12,847 nucleotides of DNA, from the NCBI GenBank assembly GCA_046758705.1, contig JBHIAT010000104.1, positions 1-12,847 on the forward strand, written 5' to 3'. Origin of the DNA: Candidatus Bipolaricaulia bacterium (GTDB lineage: Bacteria > Bipolaricaulota > Bipolaricaulia > JBHIAT01). The position numbers and the translations under genes are program-made. Of the stretch, positions 1-8,076 are shown piece by piece. Position 1 is the stretch's first letter. Each line of letters opens with the position of its first letter. The notes under the pieces were generated by a model. That model did no database searches and was not told the DNA's origin. It saw only the letters and a list, made by a program, of their open reading frames with translations.

Positions 1-267
1 GGTTCGGCCGTCCGGCAATTGGCTCTCCTCCCCGTAGTTGTACTCCTTCAGAAACCGATGAGGGTCGAACCCGTTGCGTTCGTGATCCACCGTCCCGACC
101 GTTCCCATGGCGTCGTGGGCGTGGGCGTCGGTCGAGGGATAGTCTGGAGTTTCTGTCTCTGCGGATCCCCTGAGCCAAGCTGTGGCCGTCCCACCGGTGG
201 CGATCCCTACCGCTCCAGCTCTGAGAAAATCACGTCGTGACAAACGGACCGGTTGCTTCACGGACAT
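1..267 (-). CDS. Tat-exported protein, probable multicopper oxidase (N-terminal 89 aa; continues past the window start)
   Basis: Not in the ORF track; hand-translated. ATG at 267 with SD AGGAGGA (283-277), open to position 1: MSVKQPVRLSRRDFLRAGAVGIATGGTATAWLRGSAETETPDYPSTDAHAHDAMGTVGTVDHERNGFDPHRFLKEYNYGEESQLPDGRT. It has the twin-arginine motif SRRDFL and a His-containing linker. The segment VDHERNGFDP...YG...LPDGRT matches my recollection of the N-terminus of a bacterial multicopper oxidase family. Copper-binding motifs lie outside the window, so the product call is tentative. Confidence 0.75.
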   Translation of the reverse strand, partial: MSVKQPVRLSRRDFLRAGAVGIATGGTATAWLRGSAETETPDYPSTDAHAHDAMGTVGTVDHERNGFDPHRFLKEYNYGEESQLPDGRT

Positions 268-284
268 GGGTCTTTTTCCTCCTG

Positions 285-321
285 ATTTCCCTAAACTAAT
301 TTTCTTTCCATAAATTAATTT
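285..321 (-). promoter_or_regulatory. Tandem 18-bp operator-like boxes (MntR/DtxR-family-like) between promoter and RBS
   Basis: Plus strand ATTTCCCTAAACTAATTT (285-302) and CTTTCCATAAATTAATTT (304-321): 15/18 identical, 19-bp period. The same motif recurs upstream of feoA. Confidence 0.7.
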
Positions 322-335
322 AGTTAGTAATAGTA

Positions 336-364
336 ATTATAGCGTCATAGATCGGATTTGTCAA
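336..364 (-). promoter_or_regulatory. Sigma70-type promoter of the Tat/oxidase gene
   Basis: Perfect consensus on the minus strand: TTGACA (364-359), 17-nt spacer, TATAAT (341-336), in an AT-rich spacer. Confidence 0.88.
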
Positions 365-380
365 GGCTGAGCCCTCAGCC
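365..380. repeat. Perfect inverted repeat GGCTGAG-CC-CTCAGCC (weak terminator or protein-binding site)
   Basis: 7-2-7 palindrome 18 nt downstream of the ABC ATPase stop, directly abutting the -35 hexamer. No real U-tract follows. Confidence 0.4.
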
Positions 381-398
381 CAGAAGCGGGCGCGGATA

Positions 399-1448
399 TC
401 AGCTGTGAGGGAAGATGACCGGTTTCCGCCGGACGCGGATCGCCACGCGATCTCCCCCCTGAAAACTGCCGTCCGGCCCGGGACCTAAGCGTACATGTAA
501 CAGCATCCCGGAGTCGACGAGTCGAACGGTGACCATCTGGTCATGGCCATAGAACTCCCGATCAACGACCTCGCCGGGGCCGGTCTCGTCGGCGATCAAC
601 TGGAGATCCTCGGGGCGAAGCACGATATCAACACTGCCTTTGATCGAATCCTGCAGGGGCAACGTCCCCAGCTCACAGATGATCCGATCGCCCCGGACCT
701 CTCCGGACAGGAAGTTGGCCTCCCCGACGAACGCAGCGATCTCACGGGTGGCCGGATGCCGATAGAGTTCTTCGGGGGTCGCCTGCTGGACGATCCATCC
801 ATCCTGCATCACCGCCACCTCATCGGTCAGACTCAACGCCTCCTCCTGGTCGTGGGTGACGAAGATCGCGGTCGCCTCAGCTTGGCGCAGAACCTCACGC
901 ACCTCGGTCCGCATCCGAATCCGCAATCCGGCGTCGAGGTTCGAGAACGGTTCATCGAGGAGGACGAGGTCGGGGCGTGGCGCCAGCGCTCGGGCCAGGG
1001 CGACCCGCTGCTGTTGACCTCCGGACAGCTCATGGGGCAGGCGTGACTCCAGGCCCACCAGACCGACCAACTCCAGCACTTCCCGAACCCGTTCTGCTCG
1101 CCCGGGTCCGCGTTCCAGACCGTACGCGACGTTCTCGAACATGCTCAGATGGGGAAAGAGCGCATAGTCCTGGAAGACCATTCCCACACGCCGTTCCTCC
1201 GGGGGGCGGTAGGTCTCCGGTCCGGCCACGACCCGACCGCCGATCTCGATCACTCCCGCGTCGGGAACCTCGAAGCCGGCGATCAACCGCAACACGGTCG
1301 TCTTGCCGCAACCGCTCTGTCCGAGCAGGGAGAGAAACCGTCCGTGTTCCAGAGTCAGGTTGACATGGTCAACGGCCCGAACTGAGCCGAAATGTTTTTT
1401 CACGTCACAACAACGGATCGCCGGATCGCGAAACATCGGACAGCTCAC
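399..1448 (-). CDS. fbpC: Fe3+ ABC transporter ATP-binding subunit (FbpC/PotA family)
   Basis: Walker A GQSGCGKT, Q-loop VFQDYALFPH, signature LSGGQQQR, Walker B LLDEP, H-loop VTHD, C-terminal TOBE-like region. GTG start overlaps the permease stop (GTGA); an alternative ATG lies four codons in. Confidence 0.92.
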   Translation of the reverse strand: MSCPMFRDPAIRCCDVKKHFGSVRAVDHVNLTLEHGRFLSLLGQSGCGKTTVLRLIAGFEVPDAGVIEIGGRVVAGPETYRPPEERRVGMVFQDYALFPHLSMFENVAYGLERGPGRAERVREVLELVGLVGLESRLPHELSGGQQQRVALARALAPRPDLVLLDEPFSNLDAGLRIRMRTEVREVLRQAEATAIFVTHDQEEALSLTDEVAVMQDGWIVQQATPEELYRHPATREIAAFVGEANFLSGEVRGDRIICELGTLPLQDSIKGSVDIVLRPEDLQLIADETGPGEVVDREFYGHDQMVTVRLVDSGMLLHVRLGPGPDGSFQGGDRVAIRVRRKPVIFPHS

Positions 1449-3082
1449 CTTCCTTGAATCCGCTCCCGGTTGAGAAGCAGAGCCAACATAAGCGAGGAAA
1501 CCAACACCAGCAACAGCGCCGGGGCCGCCGCTCGTGCGAAAAACCCCTCACTGGCTGCGGCCCAGGCCCGAGTGGCAAGCGTGTTGAAGCCGATCGGGCT
1601 GAGCAGCAGGGTGGCGGGAAGCTCCTTCATGGTCGTGAGAAAGACGAGCGCGGCTCTGGCGAACAAGCCCGGCCGGATCAGAGGCGCAGTGACGGTGAGC
1701 CACACCCGGGGTAACGTACGGCCCAGGCCGCGCGCCGCCTCCTCGACGTTCGGGCTGACCTGCAACAGGGAGGCACGTAGCGGTCCCAGTGCCTGTGGCA
1801 GGAACAGGACTCCGTAGGCGAAGATCAGCAGCGTCATCGTTTGGTAAGCCCAGGGGGTGTAGTTGGCGGCGAAGAAGACGAGCGAGAGCGCGACCACAAT
1901 TCCCGGCAGGGCGTAACCGGTATAGGCAATGCGTTCGAGCAGCGTGCTCGGCCACCCCGGGTGGCGGACCGACAGGATCGCCACCGGCAGCGCAGCAAGC
2001 ACCACCGCTCCGGCCGCCAGGGCCGAGACGATCACCGAGTTCAACGTCGGAGCGAGCACGGAGAACGACGCCTCTCCGTTCGCTGCCCCTTGAACCAGCC
2101 AGAACAGGATGACCGTGACGGGCAGCGCCAACGAAACCAAGGTCACCAGCAAACAGAATCCCAGGGCGACCCAGCGCCAGTGGCCGAGACGTATTCGCAT
2201 CGGCGGGCGGGCCGAACCGAGGCCGTTTCTGTGGTAGCTGACCCCACGGCTACGCATCCGCAGGTCTACGACGAGCAGGATCAGAGTCAGCGCGACGAGC
2301 ATCAACCCGAGGACAGCGGCAAAGCTACGGTCGAACGAGCCCTGGTACTGAAGATAGATCACCCGGGTGAACGAGTCGAACTGCATCAGCGACACCGCAC
2401 CAAAATCGCTCAACGTGTAGAGCGCGACCAACAACGCTCCGGCAGCGATCGCAGGGCGGAGCTGTGGCAGGGTGATGCGGCGAAAGGTGGCCCAGAACCC
2501 CCGGCCGAGATTCCGGGATGCTTCCTCAAGGGCCGGATCGAGCCGCTGCAGGCCGGCCCGTACGCTGAGCAACACGTACGGATAGCTGAACACGGTCAAG
2601 GTGAGGAACGCACCGGGGAAGCCGTAGATCTCGGGTAGACGCTCCACACCGAACAGGATCTCGAGGAGCTGTTGCAACAGGCCCCGCGGGCCAAGCGCGG
2701 CGGCGATGACGAACCCCCCAACGTAGGAGGGGATCGCGAGCGGCAAAGCGGTGAGCACCGTCCACAGCCGACGTAAGGGCAGATCGGTACGCACGGTAAT
2801 CCAGGCGAGCGGAACCGCGATCGCCACCGCGGCGGCGGTTACGGAGATCGCTAACAGGACGGTGTTCCCCAGGATTCGAACCGTCTGAGATCGGAGGATC
2901 AGATCGGCGACGTCGCCGGCCCCGCTGGCCCGCACGATCAGATACCCTAACGGCAGCAGCATCCCGATCGCCACCAGCGCCGCCGGAATTGTCAACGACG
3001 CCGGGATGGGGGGTCGGATGCGCCGACCCTCCGTCGAAGGGGTGGAAACGACCTCGGCTTCCACTTTCACTTTAGAGAACAC
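1445..3082 (-). CDS. fbpB: Fe3+ ABC transporter permease with two fused membrane domains (FbpB/FutB family)
   Basis: 545-aa hydrophobic protein with two EAA loops (LEEASRNLG, VEEAARGLG), plus LPLAIPSYVG, LSDFGAV and MKELPATLLL motifs. Lies between the binding protein and the ATPase. Confidence 0.92.
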   Translation of the reverse strand: MFSKVKVEAEVVSTPSTEGRRIRPPIPASLTIPAALVAIGMLLPLGYLIVRASGAGDVADLILRSQTVRILGNTVLLAISVTAAAVAIAVPLAWITVRTDLPLRRLWTVLTALPLAIPSYVGGFVIAAALGPRGLLQQLLEILFGVERLPEIYGFPGAFLTLTVFSYPYVLLSVRAGLQRLDPALEEASRNLGRGFWATFRRITLPQLRPAIAAGALLVALYTLSDFGAVSLMQFDSFTRVIYLQYQGSFDRSFAAVLGLMLVALTLILLVVDLRMRSRGVSYHRNGLGSARPPMRIRLGHWRWVALGFCLLVTLVSLALPVTVILFWLVQGAANGEASFSVLAPTLNSVIVSALAAGAVVLAALPVAILSVRHPGWPSTLLERIAYTGYALPGIVVALSLVFFAANYTPWAYQTMTLLIFAYGVLFLPQALGPLRASLLQVSPNVEEAARGLGRTLPRVWLTVTAPLIRPGLFARAALVFLTTMKELPATLLLSPIGFNTLATRAWAAASEGFFARAAAPALLLVLVSSLMLALLLNRERIQGR

Positions 3083-4112
3083 CTACCTTCTGCAACAGAC
3101 GCAACGTGCCCCGCAGATCCTCAAGATCACTGAGGTCGATCTCAGGAGTCTGAATCTCATCCAACGGCACCAGGCGGGGGTCGACTTCCATGCCTGCAGC
3201 CAGCGGATACTCGTAGGTCTGCTCCGCAAAGTACCGCTGTGCCTCCTCGGAAAGCAGAAACGCGATGAACCGTTCGGTGATCTCGATGCGGTCCGAGGTG
3301 TCGACGATCGCAACCCCGGCGACATTAATCAGAGCGCCGGGATCACCACCCTTCAGGTAGTAGTTGGCAACCGGGAACGACTCGCTGCGCTCCGCGATGA
3401 ACCGATATAGATAATAGTGATTGACAAACCCGACGGCGATCTCGCCTCGGCCGAGGGCGTCGACGATCGCAGTGTTGTTGCGGTAGACCTTGGGGCGGTT
3501 GCCCCGGATGGCCCGCAGCCATGCTTCAGCCCGTGCCTCGCCCTGAGTCACCCGCAGGGTGGTGATGAACGCCTGGAACGAGCCGTTGAGAGGAGCCCAG
3601 CCGATCCGTCCCCGCCATTTCGGGTCGGTAAACTCCCAGATCGACACCGGCAACTCCGCCTGACTCACTTGGTCTGTATTGTAGGCGACGACACGGGCTC
3701 GGCCGGTGATGCCGACCCACAGGCCATCCGGTGAACGGAACCGTGGCTCGACGCGGTCCAGCAGCGCCTCCGGGAGGCGGTGCAATCGCCCCTCGACAGC
3801 CAGCGCCCCCAACGCCCCGGCATCCTGGGCGAAGTAGACGTCGGCCGGACTGTTCTGCCCTTCCTCGAGGATCGTCGCGGCCAGCTCGGCCGTTTCCCCA
3901 TAACGGACCTTGACCTCGATCCCCGTCACCTCACTGAATCGCTCGATGATCGGACCGACCAGATTCTCATTGCGACCGGAGTAGACGATCAGGGGATCCG
4001 GTCCGGCCTGCGCAGGCCCGGCGATGAGTCCGACGAGCGTGACAACCAGAAGGAATCTATAGATCCACAGCCTCCTCCTGTACCCTGGTTTTTCTGCCTG
4101 TTCTATCGGCAC
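3072..4112 (-). CDS. fbpA: Fe3+ ABC transporter substrate-binding protein (FbpA/FutA family); start codon uncertain
   Basis: VYSGR, SPADVYFAQDAGALG, WVGITGRARV and the tandem-Tyr iron-ligand motif VNHYY. Sec signal peptide ends AQA, with no lipobox. The ORF-track start at 4247 lies upstream of the promoter. In-frame candidates are ATG 4148, GTG 4112, or ATC 4064 after a strong SD. Confidence 0.9.
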   Translation of the reverse strand: MPIEQAEKPGYRRRLWIYRFLLVVTLVGLIAGPAQAGPDPLIVYSGRNENLVGPIIERFSEVTGIEVKVRYGETAELAATILEEGQNSPADVYFAQDAGALGALAVEGRLHRLPEALLDRVEPRFRSPDGLWVGITGRARVVAYNTDQVSQAELPVSIWEFTDPKWRGRIGWAPLNGSFQAFITTLRVTQGEARAEAWLRAIRGNRPKVYRNNTAIVDALGRGEIAVGFVNHYYLYRFIAERSESFPVANYYLKGGDPGALINVAGVAIVDTSDRIEITERFIAFLLSEEAQRYFAEQTYEYPLAAGMEVDPRLVPLDEIQTPEIDLSDLEDLRGTLRLLQKVGVL

Positions 4113-4136
4113 CTGGACGGTTATCCCCTGTTTAGC

Positions 4137-4155
4137 AGTAACAATCATTATTATT
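4137..4155. promoter_or_regulatory. Fur-box-like site
   Basis: TAACAATCATTATTA (4139-4153) matches the 7-1-7 Fur consensus TGATAATnATTATCA at 11/14 positions (about 12/19 to the classical 19-mer). It lies downstream of the fbpA promoter. Confidence 0.5.
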
Positions 4156-4159
4156 CTTA

Positions 4160-4175
4160 AAAATAGGACTATTTT
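4160..4175. promoter_or_regulatory. Perfect palindrome AAAATAG-GA-CTATTTT, putative operator
   Basis: 7-2-7 inverted repeat about 12-27 nt downstream of the predicted transcription start, adjacent to the Fur-like box. Confidence 0.45.
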
Positions 4176-4193
4176 ACTCCACTTTTCATTGCC

Positions 4194-4222
4194 AGCATAA
4201 CAAAGTCTTGGGAGATTGTCAA
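4194..4222 (-). promoter_or_regulatory. Sigma70-type promoter of the fbpABC operon
   Basis: TTGACA (4222-4217), 17-nt spacer, TATGCT (4199-4194), with extended -10 TGn. Confidence 0.75.
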
Positions 4223-4267
4223 GGTATGGATGATCTGGGCAGTACACCGAAGAATGAAGGTGGGAAT

Positions 4268-6604
4268 CTATCTGTATCTGACGGGACGCAACAGCCTCAA
4301 GCCGTTCACCACAACCAACAGAGTACTGCCCTCGTGTCCGACGACGCCGAGGGGCAACGTCGTCAACCCCAACAGGGCGGTGAGAATCAAGGCGAGGATG
4401 ACCAACCCGGAGAACGCGAGGTTCTGCTGGATCACCCGACGGGTCCGACGGCTCAAATCGATCGCATAAGGAAGCTTCAACAGATCATCGGCCATCAGGA
4501 CCACATCGGCGGTCTCTAAGGCCACGTCCGTCCCTGCAACCCCCATGGCCATGCCCACAGTGGCCGTCGTTAACGCGGGCGCATCGTTCACTCCGTCGCC
4601 GATCATGATCACCTTGCCATACCGCTCCAACAACCCGTTGATCGCTTCGACCTTATCCTCAGGTAGCAGCCCGGCGCGGTATTCATCGATACCCAGTTGG
4701 GCGGCAATGGCTCCTGCGACTCGTTCGTGGTCGCCGGTGAGCATCACGGTCTTGGACACCCCGACCTTCCTCAGCATCCCGGAGATTTGTCGGGCGGCGG
4801 GACGGATCGTGTCGGCTACGGCGATGATGCCCAACGGCTTCTCATCGCTGATCACAATGCTTGTCTTCCCCTGAGACTCCAACTCCCTCATCTTCTCAAT
4901 CACGGGATGGGGAAGCGTTCGTCCTCGTTCGGTAAACAGCTTTGTGTTACCGATCCAGATCTCCTGCCCATCGACGTTTGCCTGAACCCCTTGTCCCCGG
5001 ATGGTTCTGAGGTTCGAAGCGTCAGAGCACATCAGCTCCCTGGCCCGGGCCGTGGCCGCGATCGCTTCGGCGACGGGATGCTCCGATAGCCGTTCCACGG
5101 AGGCAGCCAGCTGCAGCAGCTCATCTTCGGGTAAGCCACTCATCGGGATGACATCGGTCACCTGCAGTCGGCCGGTCGTCAGCGTGCCCGTCTTATCGAA
5201 GACGACCACCCGGACGTCCCCGACATTTTCCAGATGGACCCCTCCTTTGAACAGGATACCCTGGCGCGCGGCATTGGCGATCGCAGATAAGATGGAAGCG
5301 GGGGTGGAGATGACCAGAGCACACGGGGAAGCGACGACCAACAGGATCATCGCTCTGTAGAAGGCATCTCGAAGCTCTTGATCGGAGAATAGATACGGGA
5401 TCAGGATGGCGAGCAGCGTGGCGCCGATGACGGTCAGCGCATAGGGTTGGCTGAACCGATCGATGAGTCGCTGGGTGGGAGCCTTATGGCTTTGGGCCTC
5501 CTCCACCATCCGGATGACTTTAGCCAACGTCGTATCGTCGGCGCGCTTGGTGACCTGCACCTTGAGGGCACCCTGGCCGTTGATGGTACCTGCGTACACT
5601 CCATCGCTCTCCTCTTTGTCAACCGGGAGAGACTCACCCGTGATCGGCGATTGATCGACCGTCGATGCTCCCCGGACGACGATTCCATCGGCGGATATCC
5701 GCTCCCCGGGCTTGACGAGGACGATGTCACCGACCTCAAGCTGCTCGACGGGAAGCTTCACTTCCCTCCCGTCCCGTTTCACCGAGGCTTCCTGGGGGCT
5801 GAGGTCCATCAGAACGCGGATGGCTTGGCGGGTGCGACCTATGGCGTAAGACTCCAGGGTGGTGCTCAGCGAGAACAGGAACAGGAGAATGGCTCCCTCG
5901 CCCCATCGGCCGACTGCCGCGGCTCCCAAAGCGGCAACGACCATCAGGACATTGATATCCAGGGTCAAAGACCGCAGCGCGCGGAAGCTCTCCAGGGCAC
6001 CGTAGTACCCCCCCGTCATATAGGCAAGCAGATAGAGAACGAGTTGGAGTGTAGAGGCGGTGGTAAAGCGGCCCATGAGCCATGCTGAGATCAGAAACAC
6101 GCCACAGAGCACCGTCAGGGTGGCCATCCAGTTGCGTCGCCACCCCTCCCCTTTGCCCGTCTTCACCTCGTAGCCCAGCGCATGGATTCGTTTCTCGATC
6201 TTGCTCAGCGTCGCCCCACCGGCGGCTTCATACTCTACACTGATCTCCGCAGCTGCGGGGTTAACGGTCACCCAGGTGACCTCGTCCAACCGGCGCAGAT
6301 CCCGTTCCACGGCTAGGGAACAATCCCGACAGCTCGTGCCCTCGAGGTGCAGGGTGCAGCGCTCAAATCGCTTGTCGAGTTTCATGCCGAGCCGGCTGGC
6401 CAACCTGTCCACCCTCTCCAAAGAGATGAGTTGGGGATCGTAGCGTAACGTGAGAGTCGAGGTTTGCTGGTCGACCTCTGCCGAGACCACGCCTTTATAG
6501 GTGCTTAACGTCTCGATCAGCAGATCGGCACAGCGCTTCTCATCACCCTTCCGCGGAACGAAGAGAATGCGCTGGTCTCGAACTCCTTCGCCTTTCATGC
6601 TCAT
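4268..6604 (-). CDS. Heavy-metal P1B-type ATPase, P1B-4 subgroup signature, with two N-terminal HMA-like domains
   Basis: TGES, VVASPCALVISTP (SPC), DKTGTLT, SEHP, MLTGD, GDGVNDAP and HEGSTLLV (HEG[GS]T is typical of P1B-4). The N-terminus has a degenerate HMA domain (DEKRC) and an intact one (GTSCRDC). The ATG at 6598 has better SD spacing than 6604. Confidence 0.92.
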   Translation of the reverse strand: MSMKGEGVRDQRILFVPRKGDEKRCADLLIETLSTYKGVVSAEVDQQTSTLTLRYDPQLISLERVDRLASRLGMKLDKRFERCTLHLEGTSCRDCSLAVERDLRRLDEVTWVTVNPAAAEISVEYEAAGGATLSKIEKRIHALGYEVKTGKGEGWRRNWMATLTVLCGVFLISAWLMGRFTTASTLQLVLYLLAYMTGGYYGALESFRALRSLTLDINVLMVVAALGAAAVGRWGEGAILLFLFSLSTTLESYAIGRTRQAIRVLMDLSPQEASVKRDGREVKLPVEQLEVGDIVLVKPGERISADGIVVRGASTVDQSPITGESLPVDKEESDGVYAGTINGQGALKVQVTKRADDTTLAKVIRMVEEAQSHKAPTQRLIDRFSQPYALTVIGATLLAILIPYLFSDQELRDAFYRAMILLVVASPCALVISTPASILSAIANAARQGILFKGGVHLENVGDVRVVVFDKTGTLTTGRLQVTDVIPMSGLPEDELLQLAASVERLSEHPVAEAIAATARARELMCSDASNLRTIRGQGVQANVDGQEIWIGNTKLFTERGRTLPHPVIEKMRELESQGKTSIVISDEKPLGIIAVADTIRPAARQISGMLRKVGVSKTVMLTGDHERVAGAIAAQLGIDEYRAGLLPEDKVEAINGLLERYGKVIMIGDGVNDAPALTTATVGMAMGVAGTDVALETADVVLMADDLLKLPYAIDLSRRTRRVIQQNLAFSGLVILALILTALLGLTTLPLGVVGHEGSTLLVVVNGLRLLRPVRYR

Positions 6605-6642
6605 ATCCTGACTCTTGATTCTCGCGGCTGTCGTTCAACTTT

Positions 6643-8076
6643 TCAACTCAACAGCCGCCACGCCTGGGTGGCGATGAAGGTCAACGCGAGGCCCATGACG
6701 ACGGGCAACAGCGTCGAGACGAGCGTCCAGCGACCGCTTCGGATCTCCTTCCAGATGGTGTAAATCGTGGTGCTACATGGGTTGTGGACCAGACTGAACA
6801 GCATCAAGTTGATCCCGGTTAGCAGCGTCCAGCCCCCTACCTTGAGGATATCGAGAACCGCCCCCTCGGATTTGAGCTCAAAGATCACGCCCGCGCCTTC
6901 GCTCACACCTGTCATCCCGAGGGACATCACGGTGAGCATCAGGATCGTCGGGATGACGATCTCGTTGGCAGGGATGGCGACAATGAACGCCAGCAGAATC
7001 ACGCCGTTGAGGCCGATGGCCAGACCGATCGGATTCAACCCGTTGATCAGGTGCTCGGCGATGCTCACGCCGCCGATGTTGATATTGCTGATCAGCCAGA
7101 TGACGCCGCCCGCCGGGGCCGCGAACACCACCGCACGGGCGAGCACGAAAATGGTGCGGTCGATGATCGACGTATAGATCGTCTGCAGAATGCGTGGCGG
7201 GCGGTAGGGGGGCAGTTCCAGGCTGAAGGCGGATGCTTCGCCCTTGAGCCAGGTGTGAGACAGGAACCACGAGACGGCGAACATGAGCGCCACGCCCAGC
7301 ACCGCGACACCGACCACCGCCGCTGCCGAGACAAGGCCGGCAAACGCGGCAGGGACCAACGCGCCGATAAAGATGGTCGCGATCAGGATCTGAGTGGGCC
7401 AGCGCCCGTTGCAGAGCGAGAAGTTGTTGGTGATGATTGCGATCAGGCGCTCGCGCGGACTGTCGATCACGCGGGTGGAGATCACGCCAGCGGCGTTACA
7501 GCCGAAACCCATGCTCATGGTCAACGCCTGCTTGCCGTGCGCGCCCACCCCCTTGAACATCCGGTCGAGATTGAACGCGACCCGCGGCAGGTAACCGAGG
7601 TCTTCCAACAGCGTGAACAGCGGGAAGAAGATGGCCATCGGCGGGAGCATGACGCTAATGACCCAGGCGGTCGCCAGATAGACGCCGTCCACCCAGAAGC
7701 CGGTGAGCCACCACGGCGCGCCAGCGCCTTGGAAGACGCTTTTCAGCCAGGGGTGAATTTTGTCGAGCAGTGCGGTGGCAAGTAGGTCGGACGGCACATT
7801 CGCGCCGGAGATCGTGATCCAGAAGACCACCGCCAGCAGCAACAGCATGATCGGGAAGCCCCAGATGCGGCTGGTCACTGCCTGATCGATGGTGCGCTGC
7901 AGATCGAAGCGCCGTCGTTCATCGCTCCGCCTGACGGCGCGATCTGCGATACGCGCCGCATCCGTGTAGATCGACTCCATCAGGCGGTCGTGGAAGTCGC
8001 CGACTTGCCGGCGCAGTGACACCGCAGAGGCGAGAATGCTGTCGGTGTTGGCAGTCTGTCCTGTCGGTTCGGTCAT
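6643..8076 (-). CDS. feoB: FeoB membrane domain (Gate/FeoB_C), C-terminal part of a split FeoB
   Basis: LLEDLGYLPRVAFNLD, MGFGCNAAG, SLCNGRWP, LELPPYRPP, IPANEIV and HNPCSTT are FeoB membrane motifs. No GTPase domain. Its ATG overlaps the upstream stop (ATGA, 8076-8073). Confidence 0.9.
   Translation of the reverse strand: MTEPTGQTANTDSILASAVSLRRQVGDFHDRLMESIYTDAARIADRAVRRSDERRRFDLQRTIDQAVTSRIWGFPIMLLLLAVVFWITISGANVPSDLLATALLDKIHPWLKSVFQGAGAPWWLTGFWVDGVYLATAWVISVMLPPMAIFFPLFTLLEDLGYLPRVAFNLDRMFKGVGAHGKQALTMSMGFGCNAAGVISTRVIDSPRERLIAIITNNFSLCNGRWPTQILIATIFIGALVPAAFAGLVSAAAVVGVAVLGVALMFAVSWFLSHTWLKGEASAFSLELPPYRPPRILQTIYTSIIDRTIFVLARAVVFAAPAGGVIWLISNINIGGVSIAEHLINGLNPIGLAIGLNGVILLAFIVAIPANEIVIPTILMLTVMSLGMTGVSEGAGVIFELKSEGAVLDILKVGGWTLLTGINLMLFSLVHNPCSTTIYTIWKEIRSGRWTLVSTLLPVVMGLALTFIATQAWRLLS

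Noticed and set aside
19-240. Plus-strand 73-aa ORF
   Set aside because: Antisense shadow of the Tat-signal gene, which has the SD, promoter and motifs.
4065-4190. Possible metal riboswitch (NiCo or yybP-ykoY) in the fbpA leader
   Set aside because: No recognisable conserved core or terminator by eye; an Rfam/Infernal scan would be needed.
4113-4247. N-terminal extension of the binding protein in the ORF track (start 4247)
   Set aside because: It runs through the AT-rich promoter and operator region, and the start lies upstream of the -35.
1841-7785. Long plus-strand ORFs (1841-2638, 5447-6088, 7051-7785 and others)
   Set aside because: Antisense shadows of well-supported minus-strand genes, expected in GC-rich DNA; no recognisable motifs.
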